From assembly GCF_003966335.1 (NCBI RefSeq), contig NZ_CP034549.1:2160001-2192000 (forward strand): a stretch of DNA of 32,000 nt, written 5' to 3'. Position 1 is the first letter of the stretch; every line of letters begins with the position of its first letter. The notes beneath the pieces were generated by a model. It was not told where the DNA came from, ran no database searches, and saw nothing but the letters and a program-made list of their open reading frames with translations. The stretch comes from Nonlabens ponticola. GTDB lineage: Bacteria; Bacteroidota; Bacteroidia; Flavobacteriales; Flavobacteriaceae. A program made the position numbers and the translations under genes. Shown one piece after another: positions 20,039 through 28,396 of the stretch.

Positions 20039-21178
20039 ATGAAATGGATCAATAGCTTTCTAGTCGTTTTACTCATCAGCATCGCAGCTTGCAAACCAGC
20101 AAACAAGCAAGAAACTAGTGTAGAAGATCAAACCGCAGCATCGCTGGAAGTTAAGTATGCTAAAGGCTTTGAAATCAAAAAATTATCAAATGCATCTGGC
20201 TACCAGCTCATCATAAAAAATCCATGGCCAGGATCTGACCTAGTGCAACAATTCAATTTAATCAATGAATCGGCTATGGCGCCAGCTGACCGCTCTGCAA
20301 TCCAAATACCCGTAAAAGATCTAGTCGCGACCAGCACAACGCATATTACACCGCTGGTCTTACTAGATGCAACAAATCAATTGGCTGGTTTCCCAGGAAT
20401 GGATTACATCAGCTCGCCAGAAGTTCGTCAACTCATTGATGCTGGTACCGTAAAAGAATTGGGTGTCAATGAATCACTTAATGTAGAACGTGTCATTGAT
20501 TTAGCACCTGATGTGCTTATAGGTTACGGCATCGACGGTACTAATCCAGAGTATGACATGATTGCCAGGGCTGGAATTCCCATCGTATTTAATGCTGACT
20601 GGACTGAGCAGCACCCATTAGGACGTGCGGAATGGATAAAGGTATTTGGTGTATTGCTGGACAAAGAGAAAGAAGCTCTAGAAATCTTCAATCAAATAGA
20701 AAGAGATTACCTCGAGGCGGCAAAACAAGCCTCAACATATGATCGCCCTACCGTGATGGCTGGTGCCACATGGAAAGATCAATGGTATTTACCTTATGGT
20801 AATTCATGGCAAGGAATATTGATTGAGGATGCTGGTGGCGACTACATCTATAAAGATCAAGAAGGCGATGGATCACTTTCCTATAATATTGAGACCGTAT
20901 TAAAGGATTCACGCGATGCAGATATCTGGATAGCGCCTGGACAGTACACGTCTTACAATACGATGCTGGGTGATAATGCGTCCTATAAATTATTTAAAGC
21001 TTTTCAAGAGAAGCAATTGTACACCTTTGCCCTACGCCAAGGAAAAACTGGTGGTACCATCTATTATGAGGAAGCATCCATGCGACCAGACCTGGTTTTG
21101 CAGGATTTGATAACCATTTTTCACTCTAGTGAAAATGATGATATGGAACTTTACTTTTTTGATCCTCTACAACCTTGA
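20039..21178 (+). CDS. ABC transporter periplasmic substrate-binding lipoprotein, BtuF/FhuD-like (cobalamin/iron-complex class)
   Basis: Lipobox SIAAC. It has the size and pattern of class III periplasmic binding proteins (DLAPDVLIGYG). It is the first gene of an overlapping three-gene ABC operon. I prefer ATG 20039 to TTG 20030. Confidence 0.7.
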   Translation: MKWINSFLVVLLISIAACKPANKQETSVEDQTAASLEVKYAKGFEIKKLSNASGYQLIIKNPWPGSDLVQQFNLINESAMAPADRSAIQIPVKDLVATSTTHITPLVLLDATNQLAGFPGMDYISSPEVRQLIDAGTVKELGVNESLNVERVIDLAPDVLIGYGIDGTNPEYDMIARAGIPIVFNADWTEQHPLGRAEWIKVFGVLLDKEKEALEIFNQIERDYLEAAKQASTYDRPTVMAGATWKDQWYLPYGNSWQGILIEDAGGDYIYKDQEGDGSLSYNIETVLKDSRDADIWIAPGQYTSYNTMLGDNASYKLFKAFQEKQLYTFALRQGKTGGTIYYEEASMRPDLVLQDLITIFHSSENDDMELYFFDPLQP

Positions 21179-22173
21179 GAAAAAGAATCTATCTCATATT
21201 AATTTTACTATTAGCAGTCCTATTTATTGCAGACTGTATTTTGGGATCGGTTTACATTCCTATTGATGATTTATGGTCAATTCTTTTTTCTAGCAAACAA
21301 TCAACCGATTACTACATTATAACGCAACTGCGCTTGCCACGTGCGATCATGGCTGTAATTACTGGCGCTGGACTGTCCATCGCAGGTTTGCTCATGCAAA
21401 CATTGTTTAAAAATCCACTGGCTGGGCCGTTTGTCTTGGGAATTTCATCAGGAGCTGGATTAGGTGTTGCCATTGCCATTTTGGGCGGTGCAGTGATGGG
21501 TTATGAAATCGTCAATAATACGGGTATTATCATCTCAAGTATTTTAGGCAGTCTGGCGGTTTTTATGCTCATCATATTAATCTCATTGCGCATCAAGGAC
21601 ACGATGGGATTATTGATCATCGGTCTGATGGTAGGTAGTTTGAGCAGTGCCGTTGTCGGGATTTTGCAATACTTAAGTCCTAGCGAGCAATTACAACGCT
21701 ACGTTTTTTGGGGTTTGGGCAGTCTAGGAAATCTCACATGGCAACAATTAGGAATTATAGCAGTGATCATAACAATTTCCTTGATTGCTCTTGTCTTTCT
21801 CATAAAACCGTTAAATGCATTATTGTTAGGTGAGAACTACGCACGCAGTCTAGGAATAAATATCCCACAAACTCGCTGGCTGGTGATCATCATTACCTGT
21901 TTGCTGGCTGGTACTATTACTGCGTTTGCAGGCCCTATTGCTTTTATAGGCCTTGCTATACCACACATCGCGAGACAACTCATCCATTATAACGATCATA
22001 AAACAATGATACCATTGGTCATTATTCTAGGCGCTATCGTATTACTCATTTGTGACATGGTATCACAGGTCCCATTTTCAAACTTTTCATTGCCCATCAA
22101 TGCAGTCACGTCAATCATTGGTGCGCCGCTCGTCATATGGCTCATTGTGAAAAAAAGATACCTACGTTTCTAA
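21175..22173 (+). CDS. ABC transporter permease, FecCD/BtuC family
   Basis: RLPRAIMAVITGAGLSIAGLLMQTLFKNPLAGPFVLGISSGAGLG and about 9 TM helices. The TTG start overlaps the upstream stop. Confidence 0.9.
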   Translation: MRKRIYLILILLLAVLFIADCILGSVYIPIDDLWSILFSSKQSTDYYIITQLRLPRAIMAVITGAGLSIAGLLMQTLFKNPLAGPFVLGISSGAGLGVAIAILGGAVMGYEIVNNTGIIISSILGSLAVFMLIILISLRIKDTMGLLIIGLMVGSLSSAVVGILQYLSPSEQLQRYVFWGLGSLGNLTWQQLGIIAVIITISLIALVFLIKPLNALLLGENYARSLGINIPQTRWLVIIITCLLAGTITAFAGPIAFIGLAIPHIARQLIHYNDHKTMIPLVIILGAIVLLICDMVSQVPFSNFSLPINAVTSIIGAPLVIWLIVKKRYLRF

Positions 22174-22934
22174 TGTTACTGTTGCAGGATCTACATATAG
22201 GATATAAAAATCAGGTGCTGGCGCAGTGTATTGGTCATATTGCTTTCGCGAAAGCAAAATTCATAGCCATCATAGGTGCTAATGGTACGGGCAAATCAAC
22301 ATTGCTAAGAGCGATTGCAAGTGGTGACCATATTATTCAAGGAAATGTAGTGCTGGATAAAAAGCCTATTGCAAGCATCGCACTGGAAAAATTAGCGCAG
22401 CGTGTTTCTATTTTGACAACTGAAAGAAACATGAGTCAAAGCCTCACGGTGAGACAATTGTTGGAAATCACTAGGTCGCCTTACACTGATTTTTTGGGAC
22501 GATTGGGAAATGAAGATCAAACTATCATTGAATCTACTATACAAGATTTTGAATTACAGGATCTTGAGAACAGACCCTTACACCAGCTAAGTGATGGTCA
22601 GGTACAACGAGCGCTCATTGCAAGATGTATAGTTCAAGATACCGAGTATATTTTGATGGATGAACCTACCAATCATCTGGATCTACATCATAAGGCGCAG
22701 TTGTTATCACTACTCAAGTCGTATACGGTAAAACAAAATAAAACCATCATCTTCTCAACTCACGAGATTGCGATGGCCACTGCGCTGGCAGATCAGGTGC
22801 TCTATTTTCATGATGACTATTTGAGATTTAAAAGCACCGCAGAATTTATGCAAAAAGAGATCCTTAAACAGCTTTTTCCATCACCACTACTCGATTGGAA
22901 TAATGGTTCTTATTCACTAAAAGACGTAGAATAA
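22173..22934 (+). CDS. ABC transporter ATP-binding protein, BtuD/FecE-like
   Basis: Walker A (GANGTGKST), signature variant LSDGQ, Walker B (ILMDEPTNHLD) and H-loop (STHE). ATG 22173 overlaps the permease stop (TAATG). Confidence 0.9.
   Translation: MLLLQDLHIGYKNQVLAQCIGHIAFAKAKFIAIIGANGTGKSTLLRAIASGDHIIQGNVVLDKKPIASIALEKLAQRVSILTTERNMSQSLTVRQLLEITRSPYTDFLGRLGNEDQTIIESTIQDFELQDLENRPLHQLSDGQVQRALIARCIVQDTEYILMDEPTNHLDLHHKAQLLSLLKSYTVKQNKTIIFSTHEIAMATALADQVLYFHDDYLRFKSTAEFMQKEILKQLFPSPLLDWNNGSYSLKDVE
22242..22255. repeat. Copy 7 of GCTTTCGCGAAAGC (inside the ABC ATPase gene, read as AFAKA just before Walker A)
   Basis: Exact match. It extends to an 18-bp palindrome at 22240-22257. Confidence 0.95.
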
Positions 22935-22950
22935 CCAGCTTTTTATGGGT

Positions 22951-22973
22951 GTGAATAAGTGATTGTTATTCAC
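22951..22973 (+). terminator. Possible terminator hairpin after the ABC operon
   Basis: GTGAATAA-gtgattg-TTATTCAC hairpin. The downstream T tract is weak (aggctttta). Confidence 0.35.
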
Positions 22974-23021
22974 AGGCTTTTACAGTATGTCACTTTGTAA
23001 CTTTACCCTAAAGTAAATTTT

Positions 23022-24473
23022 ATGACGGCAGACGTTTTTGCAATAGTGATACTCGTGGCAGGTTTGATGTTCGGTGCAATCATAGGATGGTTCATTGCCA
23101 AAACTAAATTTTCATCACCACTTCAATTCTTGAAAAGCGAACAAGAGCGCTTGCAACAAGCCGTTACTGAGAGTCAACAAGTGGCACTGGATCGCGATGC
23201 TTTGAGACTACAGCAAAGCACCTTACAAGCTGAAATCACACAGAAAAAAGAAACGCTAGAAGAATTGCGCAATAGATTTCTTGTGCTTGAGGAGCGCAAT
23301 CAATCCCTAAATCAAGAAAAAGAAAACCTCAGCGTACAGCTCGCGCAAATGCGCACCATCCATGAGAAAGCAGAAGAAAAGTATGCAGAATCACAAGGCG
23401 AACTAGAGAAACTAAACGAGAAATTCACCAAAGAATTTGAGAACCTAGCGAACAAGATCCTGGATGAAAAAAGCACCAAATTCACCACACAAAATAAACA
23501 AAATATAGAGCAGATCTTGAATCCACTACAAGAGAAGATTAAGAGTTTTGAAAAGCGTGTGGAAGACACTCATAAAGATACCATTGATCGTCAAAGCTCG
23601 TTGCGCCAGCAAATTATTGGTCTCAAGGAACTCAATGAGCAGATGAGTAAGGAAACCAGCAACTTGACCAAAGCATTGAAAGGTGATTCCAAAATGCGTG
23701 GTAATTGGGGTGAATTAGTACTAGAACGCGTACTTGAGAAGTCTGGACTAGAAAAAGGATCAGAATATGAAGTACAACAAAGCGTGCGTACTGATGGAGG
23801 TAAAATCTATTATCCTGATGTGGTGGTGTATTTGCCTGGTGGTAATAAAATGGTGATTGACTCAAAGGTGTCACTCAATGCCTATGAACGATGGGTCAAT
23901 GAAGACGACGAGCAACAACAGAACTTGCACCTCAAGGCTCACGTTGCTGCCTTACGTAAACACGTGAATGATTTATCAGACAAAAACTATCACGAACTCT
24001 ACGCTATTGAAAGCCCAGATTTTGTACTGCTTTTTGTTCCTATTGAACCAGCTTTTGCAGCAGCACTGCATGCTGATGAATCACTATACACAGATGCGTT
24101 TGAGAAGAATATCGTGATTGTGACACCTACTACTCTACTTGCCACGCTGCGTACCATTGATACCATGTGGCAAAATGAGAAGCAACAAAAAAACGCTCTA
24201 GACATTGCCAAAGCCGCTGGATCGCTCTATGATAAGTTCGTAGGACTTACAGATGATCTTATCAAAGTAGGCCAGCAAATGGATACGGTTCAAAAAACCT
24301 ACAAGTCCAGCATGAATAAGCTTAGTGAAGGTTCTGGTAACCTCATAGGTCGTGTAGAACGTTTGAAAAAATTAGGCGCCAAAGCCAACAAATCAGTGAA
24401 TGAAAAGCTGGTGCGTCGTGCTGTTGATAATGATCCTGATTATCTAGAACTGAATGCTGGTGATGATGAGTAA
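23022..24473 (+). CDS. rmuC: DNA recombination protein RmuC
   Basis: An N-terminal TM helix, a long Q/E/K-rich coiled coil, and a C-terminal RmuC nuclease-like core (GNWGELVLERVLE, YPDVVVYLPGGNKMVIDSKVSL, FVLLFVPIEPAF). Confidence 0.9.
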   Translation: MTADVFAIVILVAGLMFGAIIGWFIAKTKFSSPLQFLKSEQERLQQAVTESQQVALDRDALRLQQSTLQAEITQKKETLEELRNRFLVLEERNQSLNQEKENLSVQLAQMRTIHEKAEEKYAESQGELEKLNEKFTKEFENLANKILDEKSTKFTTQNKQNIEQILNPLQEKIKSFEKRVEDTHKDTIDRQSSLRQQIIGLKELNEQMSKETSNLTKALKGDSKMRGNWGELVLERVLEKSGLEKGSEYEVQQSVRTDGGKIYYPDVVVYLPGGNKMVIDSKVSLNAYERWVNEDDEQQQNLHLKAHVAALRKHVNDLSDKNYHELYAIESPDFVLLFVPIEPAFAAALHADESLYTDAFEKNIVIVTPTTLLATLRTIDTMWQNEKQQKNALDIAKAAGSLYDKFVGLTDDLIKVGQQMDTVQKTYKSSMNKLSEGSGNLIGRVERLKKLGAKANKSVNEKLVRRAVDNDPDYLELNAGDDE

Positions 24474-24815
24474 TACATTACAATCTTTCATCCTGAGCTT
24501 GTTTCAGACTCTCAAGTATGTTGATAATCATTATCAGATGCTGGATTAAATTGAGCATGACGGTGGTTTATTATTCTTAAATCGTCTTAAGATCTTGGGT
24601 ATGCTCAATGAGTGCCTCTAAGTGCTGATCATATCAAGCAGAGTGGTATTTTATTTGTCAGCTTGAATTTATTTCATGATCTCTAGGCACTCTATCGTGA
24701 AAAGTAGTCGGCTATTTGAGACATAAAAATTCATTTTATATGGTATACTGTGCTGTTCAATGAGTTTTAAGTTCATTGATATCATCAGTTTGCGTTAAGG
24801 ATCGTAGTGGAAATC

Positions 24816-24846
24816 CTTTTTGTCCAGCCATGAGCTGGACAAAAAG
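24816..24846. repeat. Perfect 13-bp stem / 5-nt loop hairpin in a long non-coding region
   Basis: CTTTTTGTCCAGC-catga-GCTGGACAAAAAG, read directly. Confidence 0.8.
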
Positions 24847-24925
24847 ATTGTAGCGCAGAGCCTGACCGCTATGTTTGAGCGAGAGCGAAATCATAGTGGT
24901 AACGCGCAAATATTAGAAAGCAATA

Positions 24926-25031
24926 TTATTACGTTATTAAGTAATAATTGTATTTATTACGCTTTTAGGTAATAATTACGATTATTACGTATTTATGTAA
25001 TATATTTGATTATTACGTATTTAGGTAATAA
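24926..25031 (+). promoter_or_regulatory. Four tandem 28-bp units, each containing the inverted repeat TTATTAC-N8-GTAATAA; putative operator array and promoter of the SatD-like operon
   Basis: The palindromes lie at 24926-24947, 24954-24975, 24982-25003 (right arm GTAATAT) and 25010-25031, exactly 28 bp apart. The last ends 3 nt before ATG 25035. TATATTTG at 25001-25008 fits the Bacteroidota -7 promoter consensus TAnnTTTG. Confidence 0.75.
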
Positions 25032-25034
25032 AAT

Positions 25035-25661
25035 ATGGAAGCAATTATAGCAGGCGATATTATCAACTCGCAACAGCATGATCCTGAAGCATACTTGACA
25101 GTACTGCAAGATATCTTGAAAGAACATTCTAGCGATGGGATGTTCCAGATTTACCGTGGCGACAGTTACCAGGCGCTGCTCACTAATCCTGAACAAGCAT
25201 TACATGCATGTATTAAAATAAAGGCGGCGCTCAAAAAAACAGAATCACTAGATACGCGTGTAGCGATAGGATTGGGTGATGTCACGATTATAGACAATAA
25301 CATCGCTGTCTCAACCGGTAGCGCGCTCACAAGATCTGGCGAGCTGCTGGACTCGCTCAAGGAAAAAGGGCATAATTTGTTAGTCAATTCTGGTAACTCA
25401 ATCGATAACTATATGAACACATCACTACGTCTGGCGATGCTATACATGGATGGCTGGACTACCAATAGTGCCGAAACAGTTTATGAATTGCTAGATCAAC
25501 CTGACATAAAACAGGACGAGCTAGGTAAAAGATTAGGCGTGAAACAAGCGACCGCGAGTAGACGCCTAGATCGTGCCAACTGGAAAGAAACGCAGCAGTT
25601 ACTGCGATTGTTTCAACAATTTTATAAAGATATAAGCCATGCCCATAGCAGTTCTAATTAA
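25035..25661 (+). CDS. SatD-family-like protein: N-terminal nucleotide-cyclase-homology-like domain fused to a C-terminal helix-turn-helix
   Basis: The N-terminus, AIIAGDIINSQ / FQIYRGDSYQALL / RVAIGLGDV / STGSALTRSGELL, parallels the class III cyclase and GGDEF palm motifs (FaDIvGFT / iGDa.ma.F / RiGihtG / G..VN.AaRl). The C-terminal HTH is KQDELGKRLGVKQATASRRLDRA. The SatD naming is from memory of annotations that pair it with DUF3307. Confidence 0.55.
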   Translation: MEAIIAGDIINSQQHDPEAYLTVLQDILKEHSSDGMFQIYRGDSYQALLTNPEQALHACIKIKAALKKTESLDTRVAIGLGDVTIIDNNIAVSTGSALTRSGELLDSLKEKGHNLLVNSGNSIDNYMNTSLRLAMLYMDGWTTNSAETVYELLDQPDIKQDELGKRLGVKQATASRRLDRANWKETQQLLRLFQQFYKDISHAHSSSN

Positions 25662-26349
25662 GCTAATCATCGCGCACCTGATAGGCGATTTTTTCTTACA
25701 AACGGACAAAAGTGTCCAAAAAAAAGAAGCTGAAAAGCTTAAGTCCGTGTCCCTATATATCCATGTACTACTGCATGGATTACTTTCATGGATCGCCTTG
25801 TGGAATATTGAGCTATGGTACATCGCGCTATTTATCATGCTAAGCCATCTCGTGGTCGATGTAGCGAAGTTGTACCTAACCAACAAGAAAAATAAACGCT
25901 GGCTGTTCCTGCTGGATCAAGTAGCGCACATTGCGACACTTGTCATAGCCTGGTTATGGTTATCAAACTTTAATATAGTAATGCCGTCATTGTCATCAAT
26001 GCACTTTTGGGCATTCATCGCAGGCATGCTATTCCTGACGGCACCTGTAAGCATCGCGCTCAAAACCTTTTTCACTAGATGGAAACTAGATCCACGCAAA
26101 GTAGGCGTTGACTCGCTCAAGAATGCGGGAAAGTGGATAGGCATGATTGAGCGATTACTGGTATTTGTATTTATCGTTGCCGGTCATTTTGAGGCGGTAG
26201 GATTTTTACTGGCGGCAAAGTCGGTTTTTAGGTTTGGTGATTTGAACCGTGAAAGCAATATGAAGTTGACGGAATATGTATTAATAGGAACATTGCTTAG
26301 CTTTGGGATCGCAATTCTCACAGGCCTTGCCTATCAATCGTTGCTATAA
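25639..26349 (+). CDS. DUF3307-like polytopic membrane protein with conserved intramembrane His/Asp
   Basis: IAHLIGDFFLQTD at the N-terminus, HVLLHG, LSHLVVDVAK, LDQVAHIA, and a C-terminal IERLLVFVFIVAG...AAKSVFRF. There are about 7 TM helices. It overlaps the SatD-like gene by 23 bp. Confidence 0.6.
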   Translation: MPIAVLIKLIIAHLIGDFFLQTDKSVQKKEAEKLKSVSLYIHVLLHGLLSWIALWNIELWYIALFIMLSHLVVDVAKLYLTNKKNKRWLFLLDQVAHIATLVIAWLWLSNFNIVMPSLSSMHFWAFIAGMLFLTAPVSIALKTFFTRWKLDPRKVGVDSLKNAGKWIGMIERLLVFVFIVAGHFEAVGFLLAAKSVFRFGDLNRESNMKLTEYVLIGTLLSFGIAILTGLAYQSLL

Positions 26350-26351
26350 TT

Positions 26352-26717
26352 ATGAAAAAGATTCTAGGTGTTATTATTGCCACTATCGTGCTTATGGCCG
26401 TGATCTGGTATAGCTTTCTATACTTTGCCACCTATTCAGATGGGTCGCGCAGCGGCGAGCTGATTAAGTTCTCACACAAGGGCTTCCTGGTAAAAACCTG
26501 GGAAGGCGAGATTTCACAAGGAATTTCAGGCGCGCAGATTTTTCAATTCTCAGTTTTGGATGAGGAAGATGAGGTGATTGAAAAACTACAAGAGTTTCAA
26601 GGAGAGTATGTCAAGCTGGAATATGAAGAGCGTTTTGGCACCTTTTTCTTCTGGGGTGATACCAAATATTTTATCACCGGTGTTGAATTAGAGGAATCAC
26701 CGCATTTCAGGCGATAA
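26352..26717 (+). CDS. Small N-terminally membrane-anchored protein (hypothetical), third gene of the SatD-like operon
   Basis: It starts 2 nt after the DUF3307 stop. It has one TM helix and then a 90-aa beta-rich domain (GELIKFSHKGFLVKTWEGEISQG...YVKLEYEERFG). Confidence 0.5.
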   Translation: MKKILGVIIATIVLMAVIWYSFLYFATYSDGSRSGELIKFSHKGFLVKTWEGEISQGISGAQIFQFSVLDEEDEVIEKLQEFQGEYVKLEYEERFGTFFFWGDTKYFITGVELEESPHFRR

Positions 26718-26751
26718 GATCTTTGCTTGTTTGAGTGTTTACGGTTTTTAC

Positions 26752-26765
26752 GCTTTCGCGAAAGC
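26752..26765. repeat. Copy 8 of GCTTTCGCGAAAGC (intergenic)
   Basis: Exact match. Confidence 0.95.
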
Positions 26766-26821
26766 CTAATAATAGCCAGCAGTATTTATAGCTAACAGCT
26801 CACAACTCAAAACTAACCACC

Positions 26822-27364
26822 ATGCAAACCCAATACAAAACACCCGAAGAATCCAGAGTTGTCCTATCCATGCTTATGTTGCCATCACACGCCAATTTCT
26901 CTGGCAAAATACATGGTGGCCACGTCCTGTCGTTGATAGATCAAATTGCTTTTGCCTGTGCCTCAAAACACAGTAATAACTATTGTGTCACAGCTAGCGT
27001 TGACGTGGTGGATTTTTTGGCACCCATAGAAGTTGGCGAGATGGTCACGCTCAAAGCCACGGTAAATTATGTAGGTAACACGTCTATGGTCATAGGTATA
27101 CGTGTCGATGCAGAAGATATCAAATCGGGAACCAAAAAGCACTGCAACTCTAGCTATGTCACGATGGTCGCTAAAGACGAAAAGGGTAACACGGTCAAAG
27201 TTCCAGGCCTTAAACTAAGTACTGAAACACACGTGCGACGCTTTGCCCGCGAGATAAGACGTAAAGGACTCAAGCGAGAATCTGCCCAGGTCATGAAAGC
27301 GACTAACTTTAATGCAGATGAATATGTGGAGCAGCTGAAAAATCATAAGGTAGAGCTCAATTAG
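26822..27364 (+). CDS. Acyl-CoA thioesterase, hotdog fold (YciA/BFIT-like)
   Basis: MLMLPSHANFSGKIHGGHVLSLIDQIAFACASKH and the subsequent beta-sheet pattern are typical of this family. Confidence 0.85.
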   Translation: MQTQYKTPEESRVVLSMLMLPSHANFSGKIHGGHVLSLIDQIAFACASKHSNNYCVTASVDVVDFLAPIEVGEMVTLKATVNYVGNTSMVIGIRVDAEDIKSGTKKHCNSSYVTMVAKDEKGNTVKVPGLKLSTETHVRRFAREIRRKGLKRESAQVMKATNFNADEYVEQLKNHKVELN

Positions 27365-27593
27365 ATTGATTGTGCTTTTTATTTATTGAGTAATTTCTAT
27401 ACGTCATCAAGATAGCTATTGTAGATGTCGCCATAAGAATAAGCATCATCGTATATCTTGACTGTAAAGGATTCTCAGTAAACAAGTCTGTTGTGACTAG
27501 AATGAGACAACTTGCCCCAAACAGGTACAGTAGTGTGATTGCGATCAAAAACCGCTTAGTTGGTTGTCTAAAATAATCGTGAGAAAATTTCAT
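27357..27593 (-). CDS. Small two-TM membrane protein (hypothetical)
   Basis: An ORF with two hydrophobic helices, 10 nt downstream of the preceding gene. Its 3' end overlaps the convergent thioesterase gene by 8 bp. Confidence 0.4.
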   Translation of the reverse strand: MKFSHDYFRQPTKRFLIAITLLYLFGASCLILVTTDLFTENPLQSRYTMMLILMATSTIAILMTYRNYSINKKHNQSN

Positions 27594-27603
27594 GCAACTA
27601 TGT

Positions 27604-28032
27604 TTAAGCCAATTTCAAATCAGAATAATTGAGAATAAGATCTAGCAGTTTGTGTCTATCTTCCTCTACTATGTGACTAAGGTTTAACGTATGGTTCCTG
27701 CCGCTATCTAGACTTACTAAAAGTTTTTCATCTTCCAACTTGACATCTGATATTTCATTAAAGGTCAAGGTCTTGCTAGACCAAGACTTTACTTTTATAA
27801 CAATACCACGTTTATTGTATTGGACATAGTTTTTGTAAATAAACATTCTACATAAAAATAGCGCTGGTATTAGGTTCGCCAAAGCAGCGAAGGTTTTATT
27901 CCAAATCTCGTTTTCAAACTTGATGACTTCAAAGAAGCCTATAGCAACCGCCACGATCAATAGTGCTATAAATGGAATTATTTTCCATGTACCATTGAAG
28001 TTGTCAAATTTTATACGATGCTGTTTTTTCAT
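27604..28032 (-). CDS. Membrane protein with two TM helices and a C-terminal soluble beta-rich domain (hypothetical)
   Basis: Start at ATG 28032 is 1 nt after the upstream stop. The C-terminal GIVIKVKSWSSKTLTFNEISDVKLEDEKLLVSLDSG is PH-like by eye only. Confidence 0.45.
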   Translation of the reverse strand: MKKQHRIKFDNFNGTWKIIPFIALLIVAVAIGFFEVIKFENEIWNKTFAALANLIPALFLCRMFIYKNYVQYNKRGIVIKVKSWSSKTLTFNEISDVKLEDEKLLVSLDSGRNHTLNLSHIVEEDRHKLLDLILNYSDLKLA

Positions 28033-28033
28033 G

Positions 28034-28396
28034 TCATTTGCTAGATAACAATTGATACTCAGCACGTTTAAAACTTAAATTCACGGCAGCTACAGATGGC
28101 AGCCAAAGCCAGTGACCGATAATTCCACAGAATAGCAGAACAATTGTGTCTGTGATTTTACGACTCTTTTTAAATGGCAACTTATCCCAAGTCAACCATA
28201 AGCCATAAAGCGAAATGAGCAAACTGGGCAGCAATAGCAAAAGGTACTTTGCCTCACCATTAAAAACGCTACTATATCCATCTCTTATCACAACAGAATA
28301 AAAGAAGAGCCCAGCATGAACCAGTGTATTCAAAATGATCGCCCATCGAGCAATTTTCAAATGTCTTAAGATGTCATTTTTAATAGTCTCGTTCAT
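28034..28396 (-). CDS. Three-TM membrane protein (hypothetical)
   Basis: An ORF with three hydrophobic helices. I prefer ATG 28396 to the TTG at 28414. Confidence 0.45.
   Translation of the reverse strand: MNETIKNDILRHLKIARWAIILNTLVHAGLFFYSVVIRDGYSSVFNGEAKYLLLLLPSLLISLYGLWLTWDKLPFKKSRKITDTIVLLFCGIIGHWLWLPSVAAVNLSFKRAEYQLLSSK

Noticed and set aside
24926-25031. The 28-bp tandem units might be a miniature CRISPR array.
   Set aside because: The units abut directly with no unique spacers. They are only about 80 percent identical and extremely AT-rich, there are no cas genes, and they sit exactly on a promoter and start codon. An operator or iteron array explains them better.
24993-25196. A 67-aa minus-strand ORF overlapping the operator array and the SatD-like start.
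   Set aside because: It has no plausible start context, it lies antisense to a well-supported gene, and its N-terminal part is encoded by the AT-rich repeat.
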